Positions 1-10,900 of a stretch of 64,000 nucleotides of DNA are shown piece by piece (the first letter of the stretch is position 1; the number at the start of each line of letters is the position of its first letter). Position numbers and translations under genes: made by a program. Source of the stretch: Paraspadella gotoi (Eukaryota > Animalia > Chaetognatha); contig CM119267.1 in the NCBI GenBank assembly GCA_051294375.1, positions 5,461,386 to 5,525,385 on the forward strand, in the 5' to 3' direction. The notes beneath the pieces are model-generated. The model did not search any database, had not been told where the DNA came from, and worked only from the letters and a program-made list of their open reading frames with translations.

Positions 1-435
1 GCTGACCTTTTCATGCTGCTAAAAAGATAGAAATTGCGTGCCATCAGCCTTTTTTATTCACGGCAAACGGTTTTTTTTTCTCGTACGCAATAAATTTTAG
101 TAAATGGGACATTTCTTTCATATTACCCCTAGACCACTCGGCGTTTTTGATTTAATTTAGTTTCGCGAATAAAAATCCATTTGGATTAGTCTAAATATAT
201 AAATTTTTTTTAATTAATTAAATCTCAAGGGAAAACGATTCGGCACTATTTTCCGGAAGCGCCACTATTTTGTTCCTTAATCCCAAAAATCAATTTTAAC
301 CGTAATATCTAACCCTTGTAATTCTAGTAATATAATATTGTTTATACATATTAAATACTACATAGCAATATCAGGAAGATTTTTAAAGCATAAAGGTCTT
401 AATAGCACTATGTCAATTAACCTTCCACTTCAGAG

Positions 436-493
<58 letters not shown>

Positions 494-520
494 CTCCCCC
501 TCCATTCCCTGGGCCGTGAC

Positions 521-604
521 CTAATCCTCCGTCCAAGGTTGAAATTTTGCCCAAGTTGTGAGGTCGACGGATTTGTCGCAACAGACTCACTCGGGGCTTA
601 TGAA

Positions 605-690
<86 letters not shown>

Positions 691-841
691 CATTCACCTG
701 ATATGGACCAGTTGATGTCCGTCAGGAGTATCGGAGGATTAGAGGGAGAGAAAGAGTGAGAGAGACAGACAGAGACAGAGTCATTCACCTGATATGGACC
801 AGTTGATGTCCGTCTTGAGTATCGGAGGATTAGAGGGAGAG

Positions 842-884
<43 letters not shown>

Positions 885-2790
885 CATTCACCTGATATGG
901 ACCAGTTGATGTCCGTCTGGAGTATCGGAGGATTAGAGAGCGCTTTGCACGTGAAGTTGAATCTAGACGATTTCATGTGAACGATCTGTAAGAGAATGAC
1001 AATAGTTCGGTTATACCCATTACCCAGCGTCTCAGGTCTGAGAAACCTTCGAAACCAACGCCGTATAAATAAAAGTTAAAGTATGTTCGCTGAAACCAAG
1101 ACAGCCTGATTCTCCATTATCTACCGGGGCTTCCATTTCCCGCCTCTTTTCTGTTACTCAACGGGTTTTTTCTTCTTTTTTTGTTTTTTTCCCCCCTCGT
1201 TTCCTATTACGCGTTTTTCAATTTTCCATTCGCTCCCGATTTTTTTTTTCGTATCCATTTTTCTTGGCTTCTTTCCTGGATAAAGTTTTTATTATCCTGT
1301 CTTTTTTCCTTTTATCCTATTCCTTTTTTTTTCTTTCATTTCCTCCTTTCCTTTTTGTACCATTTTCCACTTCCTTTTCTTTTTTTTTTCCATCCCGAAC
1401 GAAACGATTGCTCACTCAACGCGAAGAAGATTAGTCTCCAAACTCGAAACTCCGTTGCGTCGGTCGTCTCGCTCGATTTACTTTTCAGCCTATTTTCCGA
1501 AAGCGCGCCATTTTTGTTCCTAATCGCTAAATTTAATTAATATTTAAATGTTCAAATATTAATAATCTTTAACCCTAATAACTAACCCTAATTTAATACT
1601 TAATATTAATCATAATTTTTAATCCTTAATCCTAATATTTAACCTTATTTTTCCCAGCTTTAAACTTTCTCCCTAATCTCTAACGAAAACTATAACCAAA
1701 TTCCTATTCTTAACCCTTAACTTAATATATAAACTTAAAAACAAACTTAATTCTAAATTTAAGCTGAAATGAGGCGCTTTCGGAAATAATGGCCACCCTT
1801 TCTCCCCCCCATTTTTTATTCTCTTTTTCCCCCTCATTTCCTTATTTTTTTCCTTCTATTTAAACCGACGCAACTCCCGCCGCCCCCCCCCTTAAAAAAA
1901 AAGGGAGGAAAGAAGGCGCGCGGAGGTTCCGCTCACCTGGACGGAGGGACAATCTATTTTGGGTCCGAAATGGACGTTAATCTTTGGCCAACCGCAGGAA
2001 GGAGGATTGGCGGAGGAGTTCCAGTAGAAACCGTAATTGACCTAGAAAGAAAAAAGGTGAGGGAAAAGGTGAGGAAAATGAAAAAAGAAAAAGGGAGGAA
2101 TCGACGGTGAAACGATAAAGAATGAAGGGAAAATGGAAGGTTTAAATGAGAAAATGAGAAAGGGATCGAGCTGAGTGTCGATTCGAAATGAATGAATGAA
2201 TGAATGAAAATGAATGAATGAATGAATGAAAATGAATGAATGAATGAATGAAAATGAATGAATGAATGAATGAATGAACGAATGAACGAATGAATAAACG
2301 AATGAATGAACGAACAGTTCAAAGAGCCAACTTTCTCCACTCATTGCCAAGGCATATCTTAACTGATCAATACAAAATTTGAACTCATAAATGACTTTAA
2401 TATTTTCTACTAAACTAATTTTTAAAATCAATGAAATAACCACTGGTTTGCAAATGACAGCTTGTAAAATTGTCACCATGTAAATACATAGTAGATGAAT
2501 AAATAAACTAATAAACAACTAACTTTATGATTAATCACTTGTCCCGTAGTTTTTTGTTCTCTTTTTTTTTATTTAGTTTATGAACAAACAAATTTCCGCC
2601 CCCTCTAGCGACATTCCGTCTCTCCCCATCCCATCCCTCACGTGGCAGTAGAGGCTTTTCCCGTGTTCCTCGATCGACGGCGTCACTTCGAAGGTCGAGA
2701 CGACGACGCCGTCCTGCTCCGTCTGGCGCCCTTGGAACTGTTGACGACCCAGAGTCCAGAGGATCTTGGGTCGCGGTGACCCGCCCACGT
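521..2790 (-). CDS. Multi-exon IgSF cell-surface protein (C2/I-set Ig domains), partial; 3' end not located
   Basis: Frame-consistent GT-AG exons: ~2790-2642 (GGSPRPKILWTLGRQQFQGRQTEQDGVVVSTFEVTPSIEEHGKSLYCH), 2041-1937 (VNYGFYWNSSANPPSCGWPKINVHFGPKIDCPSVQ), 985-892 (IVHMKSSRFNFTCKALSNPPILQTDINWSIS), probably 596-521. GGxPxPxIxW, YC and FTC..SNP..INW are typical Ig motifs. The 5' edge of the first exon seems to contain indels. Confidence 0.75.
691..938 (-). repeat. Three tandem copies of an exon 3' end plus splice donor, separated by (GA)n
   Basis: ~54-nt unit cattcacctgatatggaccagttgatgtccgtcNNgagtatcggaggattagag at 691, 782 and 885. Confidence 0.95.
1488..1793. mobile_element. Small non-autonomous element with imperfect terminal inverted repeats and a degenerate TAACCC-like interior
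   Basis: gcctattttccgaaagcgc...gcgctttcggaaataatggc; interior has taaccctaa/taatcctaa variants; related left end at 242-285. Confidence 0.45.
2188..2312. repeat. (TGAA)n microsatellite, intronic
   Basis: Direct inspection. Confidence 0.95.
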
Positions 2791-3479
2791 CGACGCGACC
2801 ACGAGTGCTGCTGTCAACCTACCTCTCGGACGGAGGCGGATTTACTCGCGTTACGCCTGCGCGAATCCCTCCTTTCTCTGGTTTTCGCCGCGAGAAGCAG
2901 AGAGCTTGAACAGCTGTTAGGGGTGCTTTCGAGAATGGGAGGGGGAGGGGGAAAGGGGGGGGAACAGTGGGGGTGAGGAAGGAGGGTGCGGAGGAAAGTT
3001 AGTTGTTGTTGTCGTTGTTGGAATTGTTTTGCCGTAGTGCCTAGGGGAGGGAAGTCGGAATCGTTTTCTTGCCTAATCCTGCGCCGGCTTATATTTGGTT
3101 GCAAGGAGAGAGAGCAGAGCGACGACGGGGGGTGGCGAGGAGCACCGGGGAAGGAGAGAGCGATGGATCAAGGGGTGAGGACGGGAGAAGAGAGGGAAAA
3201 GGGTAGAGACGAGATGAGCAGATATGAGATGAACGTCTGGATGAGCATGTAATGCGGCCTCCTTTCCATTCGGCCCAATCTGGCTTTAATGGCGGTGATT
3301 GGACCTATTTATGGGTCGTGTCGATATGGCCGAGGAGAGAAGAGGAGTGAAGTTAGAGAGAGAGACAGAGAGAGAAGAGAGAGAGACCCTGCGAGGTGTG
3401 ATGAACTGAAGTGGGAGGGAAAGAGAAGAGAGAAGTGAGATGAGAGGAGAGAAGAATTGCTATTGCTCTCCCAGCCACC

Positions 3480-4023
3480 AGAGCCGTACCAATCGTCAAA
3501 AGGAAAATGAAAAAGCGCTACATCGTCATATCCACCTCACATGCTAGAAGTGTCGTAGAAAATCTTCTCGTTGTACTCGTTCTTCAGGCGAAAAAAAAAT
3601 TGTATTGACAACCAGACTATTTTACGTTTGCTTTACGAGTATTGCGATATCTCTCTTCCGTTTTGAAAGCAGAAAATTCCGATGCTCTTTTTTTTTTTTG
3701 GTCCAGCCGACTATAAAATAGTTATATTCTTATCGAATTCTCTATTTTATTTTCTTTCCCGAGATAAGAGTCTTTATTTTCTCTCTATTCCCCCAAACAC
3801 CCACCGCCCCCAATTTTTTTTCTTTATCATTCGAAGTTCGGACCGCAGATCCGGACATCGAATAAATACTCGTTCCCATGGCAACCATATGAGAAGCGCG
3901 ATGGCCGCGAACTGGCCATTTTTTCAGATGCTATCTTGAAAATTATTGCTCGGACGCAGTTGGTAGATGAAGCGGCAAAACGGGATAGAAAACGATAGGG
4001 ATGGAAAAAAAAAGACGAGGGAG

Positions 4024-4061
<38 letters not shown>

Positions 4062-4491
4062 AGGGAGAGAGAGAAGAAAGAGAGAAGAAATCGATTTCTT
4101 GGTTCTTCCATTTTCCCTATTTTTTTTCTTCTCTCTTTCGTCTTCTTCTCTAATGTTCTTCTTTCCATCTTTTGGTTTTTCGATCCACGGTCGCCATTTT
4201 CCTCTAATTTTCCTCCCCAGCCCGCGAGATTTGCCCCAATTATTAATTCCCCGCGACCTCGGGCGTAAATTTCAAAACATCGATCTCGAATAATTTTCTG
4301 CATTATGATTATTTTCTTTTTGGAGGTGGCGGGAACGGTTTAATCGAATTTTTAAACCTAAAGATATTTTAAATTGGAAAACGGGATGCGAATTGCCCTT
4401 GTTAAGGATTAAAAAATCCACCCATCTCTCCTCATTCTCACATTCTTTAAATATTTAGCTTCTTTTTTTCAGACGCGAAATAAAATTCGTT

Positions 4492-4551
<60 letters not shown>

Positions 4552-5440
4552 TCCGCTTCGTCTATTAGCCACCTTTTCTCTCTAACGCTTATCTTTCTAT
4601 TGTCTGCATGCTTCTATGATGCTTGTCGATAGACTTCTTCTCGCTAGTCTCTCACTTCGTCGTTCGTATCAACTCCTCTTTGTAATCACTACTCCGCCAT
4701 AAAAAGTATGCCCGGAATAATCGCGACTGCGTATTATAGAAATCCTGAAGTGTGAATCATTTCATGGGAAATAAAAGCAGGCGATGAGCACTATTTCTCA
4801 CCGCTGTAAATGATTCCCTCACGAGCGAGAGAGAGAGAGGAGATAAGGAGAGAGAGACGAGATTGAGATTAGGAAGAGGAGAGAGAGTCTGTCCTCGAGC
4901 GCACACAACTTTTCATATCTTTTGAAATCGGTTTGTAACATCCGGGTAATTAAAAAAAAGCTTCTCATTCATTGCTCCGTATCGCTCTTTTCATCTTCGT
5001 TTCGCTTATTTTTCTACCTTTTATCTGACAATTTTTCTCTTTCGTAACGTTTTGTCCCCTTTTATCTTGTTGGCCTGTCAGCGGTTTATCATGAAATCAT
5101 GATATTGTACAGTTACAAAAATAGGCCCGCGATTACCGTCGCGTTTTACGTGTTATGCAGACTATAAGCAGATATGTATGTTAAGGAAACGGCTTGCTAG
5201 TTATTGTTTGAGAAATAGAGTCGCTGGTTATATATAAAAAGTTTTTAAAAGTGACTTAACTAAATAACTGTCATGGAATTAACCTCAACAACTGCTCCGC
5301 GACGAAATAAACAAGGACGGCCTAACATGGCGGCGAAGTGCCGGCGATAAGTTTTTCGGGCCGAGAAAGACGACGTAACATTTGGGCCAACCTTCTCGTC
5401 CGTTTCGTAGACCGGCAGTAAATCATTCCAACTCGCGGGT
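3480..5440 (-). CDS. Probable upstream exons of the same IgSF gene (N-terminal Ig domain fragments)
   Basis: Short minus-strand peptides VYETDEKVGPNVT (~5370-5410), DFYNTQSRLFRAYFLWRSSDY (after a cag acceptor ~4745) and SRFSYGCHGNEYLFDVRICGPNF (~3830-3905) resemble V-type Ig strands; splice phases not resolved. Confidence 0.35.
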
Positions 5441-5560
5441 GGTCTCTCTACATCTCTCTCTCTCTCTCTCTCTCTACTCTACTCTCTCTCCTTCTCTCAT
5501 CTCTCGTCTCATCTTCTCTCTCTCTTTTTCCGTCTTTTTAACTTTTCCTCCTTCTCTACT

Positions 5561-7670
5561 CACGGTTCTTTTATAGAGGAAAAAGAAATGGAAATATACC
5601 ATCTCTGGAATGATAAAAACCTGAAAGGTTGCGTCTGGACAAGAGCTTAGGCTAAGTCAAAAAATTTTTCCAAACTCAGTTTTTTTTTTAAATTGCAGTT
5701 GAAGTTGGTAAGTTAATTTTTGAGAAAATTTGATAACTTTTGTATAATTTGCAAAATATAGACTCAATTCAAAACATCTATATGTCAAACGATATCAGTA
5801 AACCGAGAGCTTTAATTTAAGACACTTCTCAACTTTCCTGCGACTTTTTGGCTAAAAGTTATTAATCAAAATATATTATTTTTTTCTTTAAAAAAGTAAT
5901 GGAAATGGTGAGTATTATTGAGAATATAATAAGACTTTAATCTAAAAAATTGAGGATACCAACGAAGTTTTACAGACAGTCTTCTTTCAATTAATTCATA
6001 CAATAAAATTTTTCTTCAAGTTAAATAAGGCACATCATCCCCAAAAAATTGAAAAAAATTAATTAAATTTTTTAAATAATTACCACTAATGATATGATAT
6101 AATTTCCTTAATTATATGGTAGGAAACTATAAGATGTGACTTTATTTGAGCCTATTTGCCAACATTTTAACGATAAATATTTATTGAGATACTACAAAAA
6201 AAGCCCAAAAATCTTAAAAAATGTAATTTTTAATTAATTTAATCATATCTCAGTTCATATATGACTTATTTTAAGTCAAATGATTTTATTCAGTCAGATT
6301 AAAGTCTAAGAACATATTAAATTCCATTTAGTTGTATATTTTATCATAATTTAATCAGGACTATTTAATTTTCAGCCAATTTTACCAAAATTACATATAC
6401 TTTTGCTTTATTTTTACAGCAACAAAGTACTAAAAACAGGTAAATAGAAATATTGATGATTAAATCTGTTAGCCAAAAGACTTAGAATATATTTATATAG
6501 GTTAAAAATTTTCTCATAAAGATTTCAATGATATGAATGAATCAATAAAATAAAAAATTATATATATAAATTAAAGATATTAAATCTTCTTCAACTTTAA
6601 TTTATATATATAATTTTTTTTATTTTAGAACTGTCATTATCATCATAAATCTTTATAGAAAATATTTTTAAACCTATATAATACTTCTAAGGTCTTTTGG
6701 CTACAGATTTTTATCATCAATTATTCTATTTACCTGTTTTAGTTACTTGTTGCTGATTAAAAATCAAAGTATATGTAAATTTGGTAAAGAAATTGGCTGA
6801 AAATTAATGTCCTGATTAAACATTATTGATTTAAAATAAATACAACTTAATGGGTATTATAATATGTGCCTTACACCTTTAATCTGGCTTGAAAATAAAA
6901 TTCATTTGACTTAAATAAGTTTATATGACTGCATGATATGATAAATATAATTCAAAAATTTACATTTTTAAAGATTTTATGGGCTTTTATTTGCGTAGTA
7001 TCTCATAAAATATTTATTCCGTTTAAAGAGTTGGCAATAGGCCAAAATGTAAGGTCACATCCTTAGGTTTCTAGTCATATAAATTAATGAAAATTATTAT
7101 AAATCATTTATGGTAATATTTTTAAAAATTAATCGTAGATTTTTTCAACTTTTTTGGCGGGATGATGTAGCCAGTAATCTAGTTTGAAAAGAAAATTTTA
7201 TTTATAGAATTCAATTGAAAGAGACTGTTCTATAAAACTAGTTGTATCCTCTATTTTTTAGATAAAGTCTTATTATATTCATCATAATACTCACCATTAT
7301 TTACTTTTAGACGCAATCTAACATAGGAAAACAATAATATATTTTGAATTCGAATAACTTTTAGCCAAAAGTCGGAAGAAAGTTGGGAGTGATCTTAAAT
7401 TAAAGCTCTCGGTTTTATCTGATACATGTTTGCAATTAAGATGTTTGAATAAGTCTATATTTTGCAAAATTAATACAAAAGTTATCATTTCTCAAAAATT
7501 AAGCTTACCAACTTCAACTGCCAATTTAAAATAAAAACTGAAGTTTGGAAAATTTTGACTTAGCCTAAGACCTTTTCCAAGACAGCAACCTTTTCAGGTT
7601 TTTATCATTGCCAGAGGATGTCATATTTTCCATTGCTTTTTTCTTTTTCCCTCCTATAAAAAGAACCGTG
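5561..7670. mobile_element. 2.1-kb fold-back non-autonomous DNA transposon, CMC/Chapaev-like
   Basis: Near end-to-end palindrome (arms ~1 kb, centre ~6575-6595); termini CACGGTTCTTTT...AAAAGAACCGTG; 4-bp direct repeat TACT at 5557-5560 and 7671-7674. CAC..GTG ends with a 4-bp TSD are described for Chapaev elements. No ORF. Confidence 0.7.
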
Positions 7671-7946
7671 TACTATAAAGAAGCTAAAAAAAAATTATGC
7701 AATGTCTTTTTCATCTACTTTCTTTTCTCAAAATGTTTAATTGTATATATTTACGAAAACAGATCTACAGCTCCGATTCTACCAAAAATTAATCATCCGC
7801 CGAATAATTTCTCTTTTTTTCCCAAATCTTCTTTGTGTTCAGATTTTTTTTTTAGATCTTCTTTCTAATTTCCTTATTTTTTTCCTAAATTCGATTTCCG
7901 ATAAAAAAAAAGTTGCTTTTTTTTTTCAAATCTCCACCGACTTGGT

Positions 7947-10900
7947 TTATTCGTGGTCGTCGTTTTCGCCTTCGTCTTCGTCTTCGTTGTTGTTGTTATC
8001 GTCGGCGTCGTCGTATTCCCCTTCGCTCTCGTCCTCTTCGTCCTCTTTCGAGGAGACGAAGTTGGGATCGTCGTCGTCGGCTCCGCCTTCTTTTTCGCCC
8101 TCTTCCTCCGACGAATGTCCTCGATCCGGTCCCGCTTTCGGATCCACTGCTGCTTCGGGTTCCTGGTCGTATTCGTCTTTTTGAAACTGAAAGACGAATA
8201 AATTTTATTAATCGATTGATCGATTGGTGCGTACATTAATTTGATCATATTTATTTGACAAAGTAATTGATTAAATTGATCGATTGCCTGTAATTCCTCT
8301 TCTTCGTTAGTATTCTCGTCATCGACGACTCCGCTTTCTCTTCTTTCCATCATTTCGTTTTCGTCCTCATCAACTTCTCTGTTTTCGTTTACCGCGGCGG
8401 CCATTTTGTTTTCGTTTTCGCCGCCACCTTCGTCTCCGCCGCCGCCGTCGTCATCGCCTCCGCCGCCGCCGTCGTCGCCGCCGCCGCCTCCGTCTATCTC
8501 GCCAGCGGCTGCTTGAAAAAAAAGATAATGTTTCGGATTGGAGAGAGAGAGTGGGCGTTGCAAAGGCTTTCGCGACTCATTGGCTAACTGCTCGTGTCTA
8601 CTAGGTACCGGGTTCAATTCCAACCCGGTTCATACGTTCCTATCCAATAAGAAGAGGGAGGCGACGTAGCTGCTAGAGGGTGCTAGTCGTTAGCCATCTT
8701 CAGCCCTCAAACCGCCTTATCCAAACTCCCTAATGTCTCGTCTTCCCCTTTCCCCCCCCAACCCCTTACTCATCCACTTCCTCTTCAACGCCCCCATATC
8801 CTCTTTCAAAACGACCCCCTCCAACCCCCTCGATCCTCACAATCGGTTATCGTGACGGTGTCCGTCGCCTGAGCGGCGAGCTTCTTCCTCGCCAACCGCA
8901 ACTTGATGTCCTTGAGGGCGATGCGGATCGCGTCCGCTGCCTCCTCCTCTTCCGCGTCCTCGGCGTGGCCCAGGCTTCGGTTGAACGTCTTGTAGGCCTC
9001 CTTCCATTCGCCCATCTTGGCCTCGGATTGGGCCTATTGGTCGTAGGCCCAAGGTCGTGGCGGGGGAAAAGGAGTTCGACGAAGGGGGAAAAAAACCAAA
9101 AGATTAAAAATAAGAAAAAATAATATAGATTAAATACTAAATCCTTCTTAAAATTATTAAAATATTAAAATAGAAAAATAAAAAATAGTGAAACAAGTAA
9201 TTTGCAAATTTTCATAAAAGAAAATGTGACGAAAGTCACGACAATCACGATGAGACGAAAATATTTTTTTTTTTTGGAGGGAAATTTCTTCGAAATTTGT
9301 TACGAGTTCATCGTAACGACGTAAAAAATGTCATTCAAATTGAATAAAAATTCGAATAGTTTATCATGAACAGTCTTGACTCTTGTACCTGGAAACGATT
9401 TTATATTTTTCGATTTTAGCATTAGCGATACATAGTACTTAATTGAAAAAAAAAAAAAATTGAAAAAGACTTATTTTCGAGCCAAATTTTTCTCTCTCTC
9501 TCCGTTTCCCGGTTCAACCTGCAGCACGGAGGCGTGCAGCAACCAGTTCCTGTCGTCGCATTGCACGGCGAAATCGTACGACTTGAGGGCGTACTCCTTG
9601 CTCCTGGCGTAGTTGCCCATCTCCATGTATGTCCGTCCGATCTCGTGGGTGACCCAAACCGACTCCCACTCGGACTTGCAGAGCTCCTCCTTCTGCTGCC
9701 AACTGCTCAGAGCGCGGAGATAGTTGCCCATCTTGGCGTAGACTCGGCCCATGTTCTCCAGGGCGCGCGACCGGTTGTCGATGAGGACCGGGTCGCGACT
9801 CACCTCCTCCAGGTCCATGATGTGTTCGCGGAGACCGCGGTTGAAGTGGGTGAGTTCGGTGTAGGAAACGCCCATGTAGTTGCGGAGGGCGGAGATGATC
9901 ACGCTGAGTTGAGACGAAAGGGAGGGACGAGCGGTTTTTGTTTGTTTATTTTCCTGTTTATTTTTTTTATATTTGTAGCCTCATTTTCATTTTACAAAAG
10001 TAACAAACGTATACGTGCAACCGTATACACTGATTAGGTTTTCAGAGAAAAAGGTCATCCAAAACCGTCTCTTCTCCCAGAAGAACTTCCACAAAAAAAC
10101 AACAACGACGCATTCAAACCCATCTCCACGCCCACTCTCTCCGCCAACCGTTTGTTCGTGATCTCCGCCACGTTCCATTTGGTGGAGGCCGCGAGAAGCA
10201 GACGAGCTTTGGTCAGGCAATCGTCCCATCGCTCCTCTTGCTGCGCCAGGTCAATGTCCTCCAGGGCGCGTTGGATCTGATGTAGGATTTTTTATGGCGA
10301 GAAAGTTCCGAGTTTATGTTATTGACGTTCATAAAAAAACACCCAATCATTAGTGACTTTAGCCATTATTCAACCATTCACTTATTTCAATGGTCCGAGA
10401 GTCACTGATTAATTATTTAATTTATTGATTGACCGAATGATTAATATTTTGACGCGCTGATCGATTCGATTCCACAAAATGAAACGCAGGCTGACCCAAA
10501 ACAAGAAAAACGACGCCCCCCTGCCCCTCTCGCACGCACGTGCATGGCGAGCTCTTCCCCGACGAGCCGCTTCTTCTCCGCCTCCGGCTTAGCGCCCTTC
10601 CGCGCGTAGATAGGCTTGTACGCTTGCCAAAAGTCCGCCTTGTCGTCCATGAAGTTGACGGCGTCGACGATCTCTCGTTTGACGGCCTTACCCACGGGGT
10701 AAGTAGGGCCGATTAAGTCGCCCTCGTTCAGGAGGGAATGGAGGTAGGCGTGGTCTTTAAGGGTTGGGAGGTGGAGGATGAGTCAAGGAGTGGGTGGATG
10801 AGGTTATTGCCGTCTCTTTGTTGTTTAGTATTTACATTTGTTTATGTTAAATCAACAACGGACCTGTAATGGAGAATGTCTGAATGGTTAATCTATTCAC

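Noticed and set aside
3872-3885. RFX X-box-like GTTCCCATGGCAAC near a ciliary gene
   Set aside because: Lies ~4 kb downstream of TTC25 inside a probable Ig exon, not near the TTC25 start; no support for function.
7874-8623. 249-aa ORF as a separate gene
   Set aside because: It is TTC25 exon 9 read through its introns; splicing the GC-AG intron gives the acidic last-exon frame.
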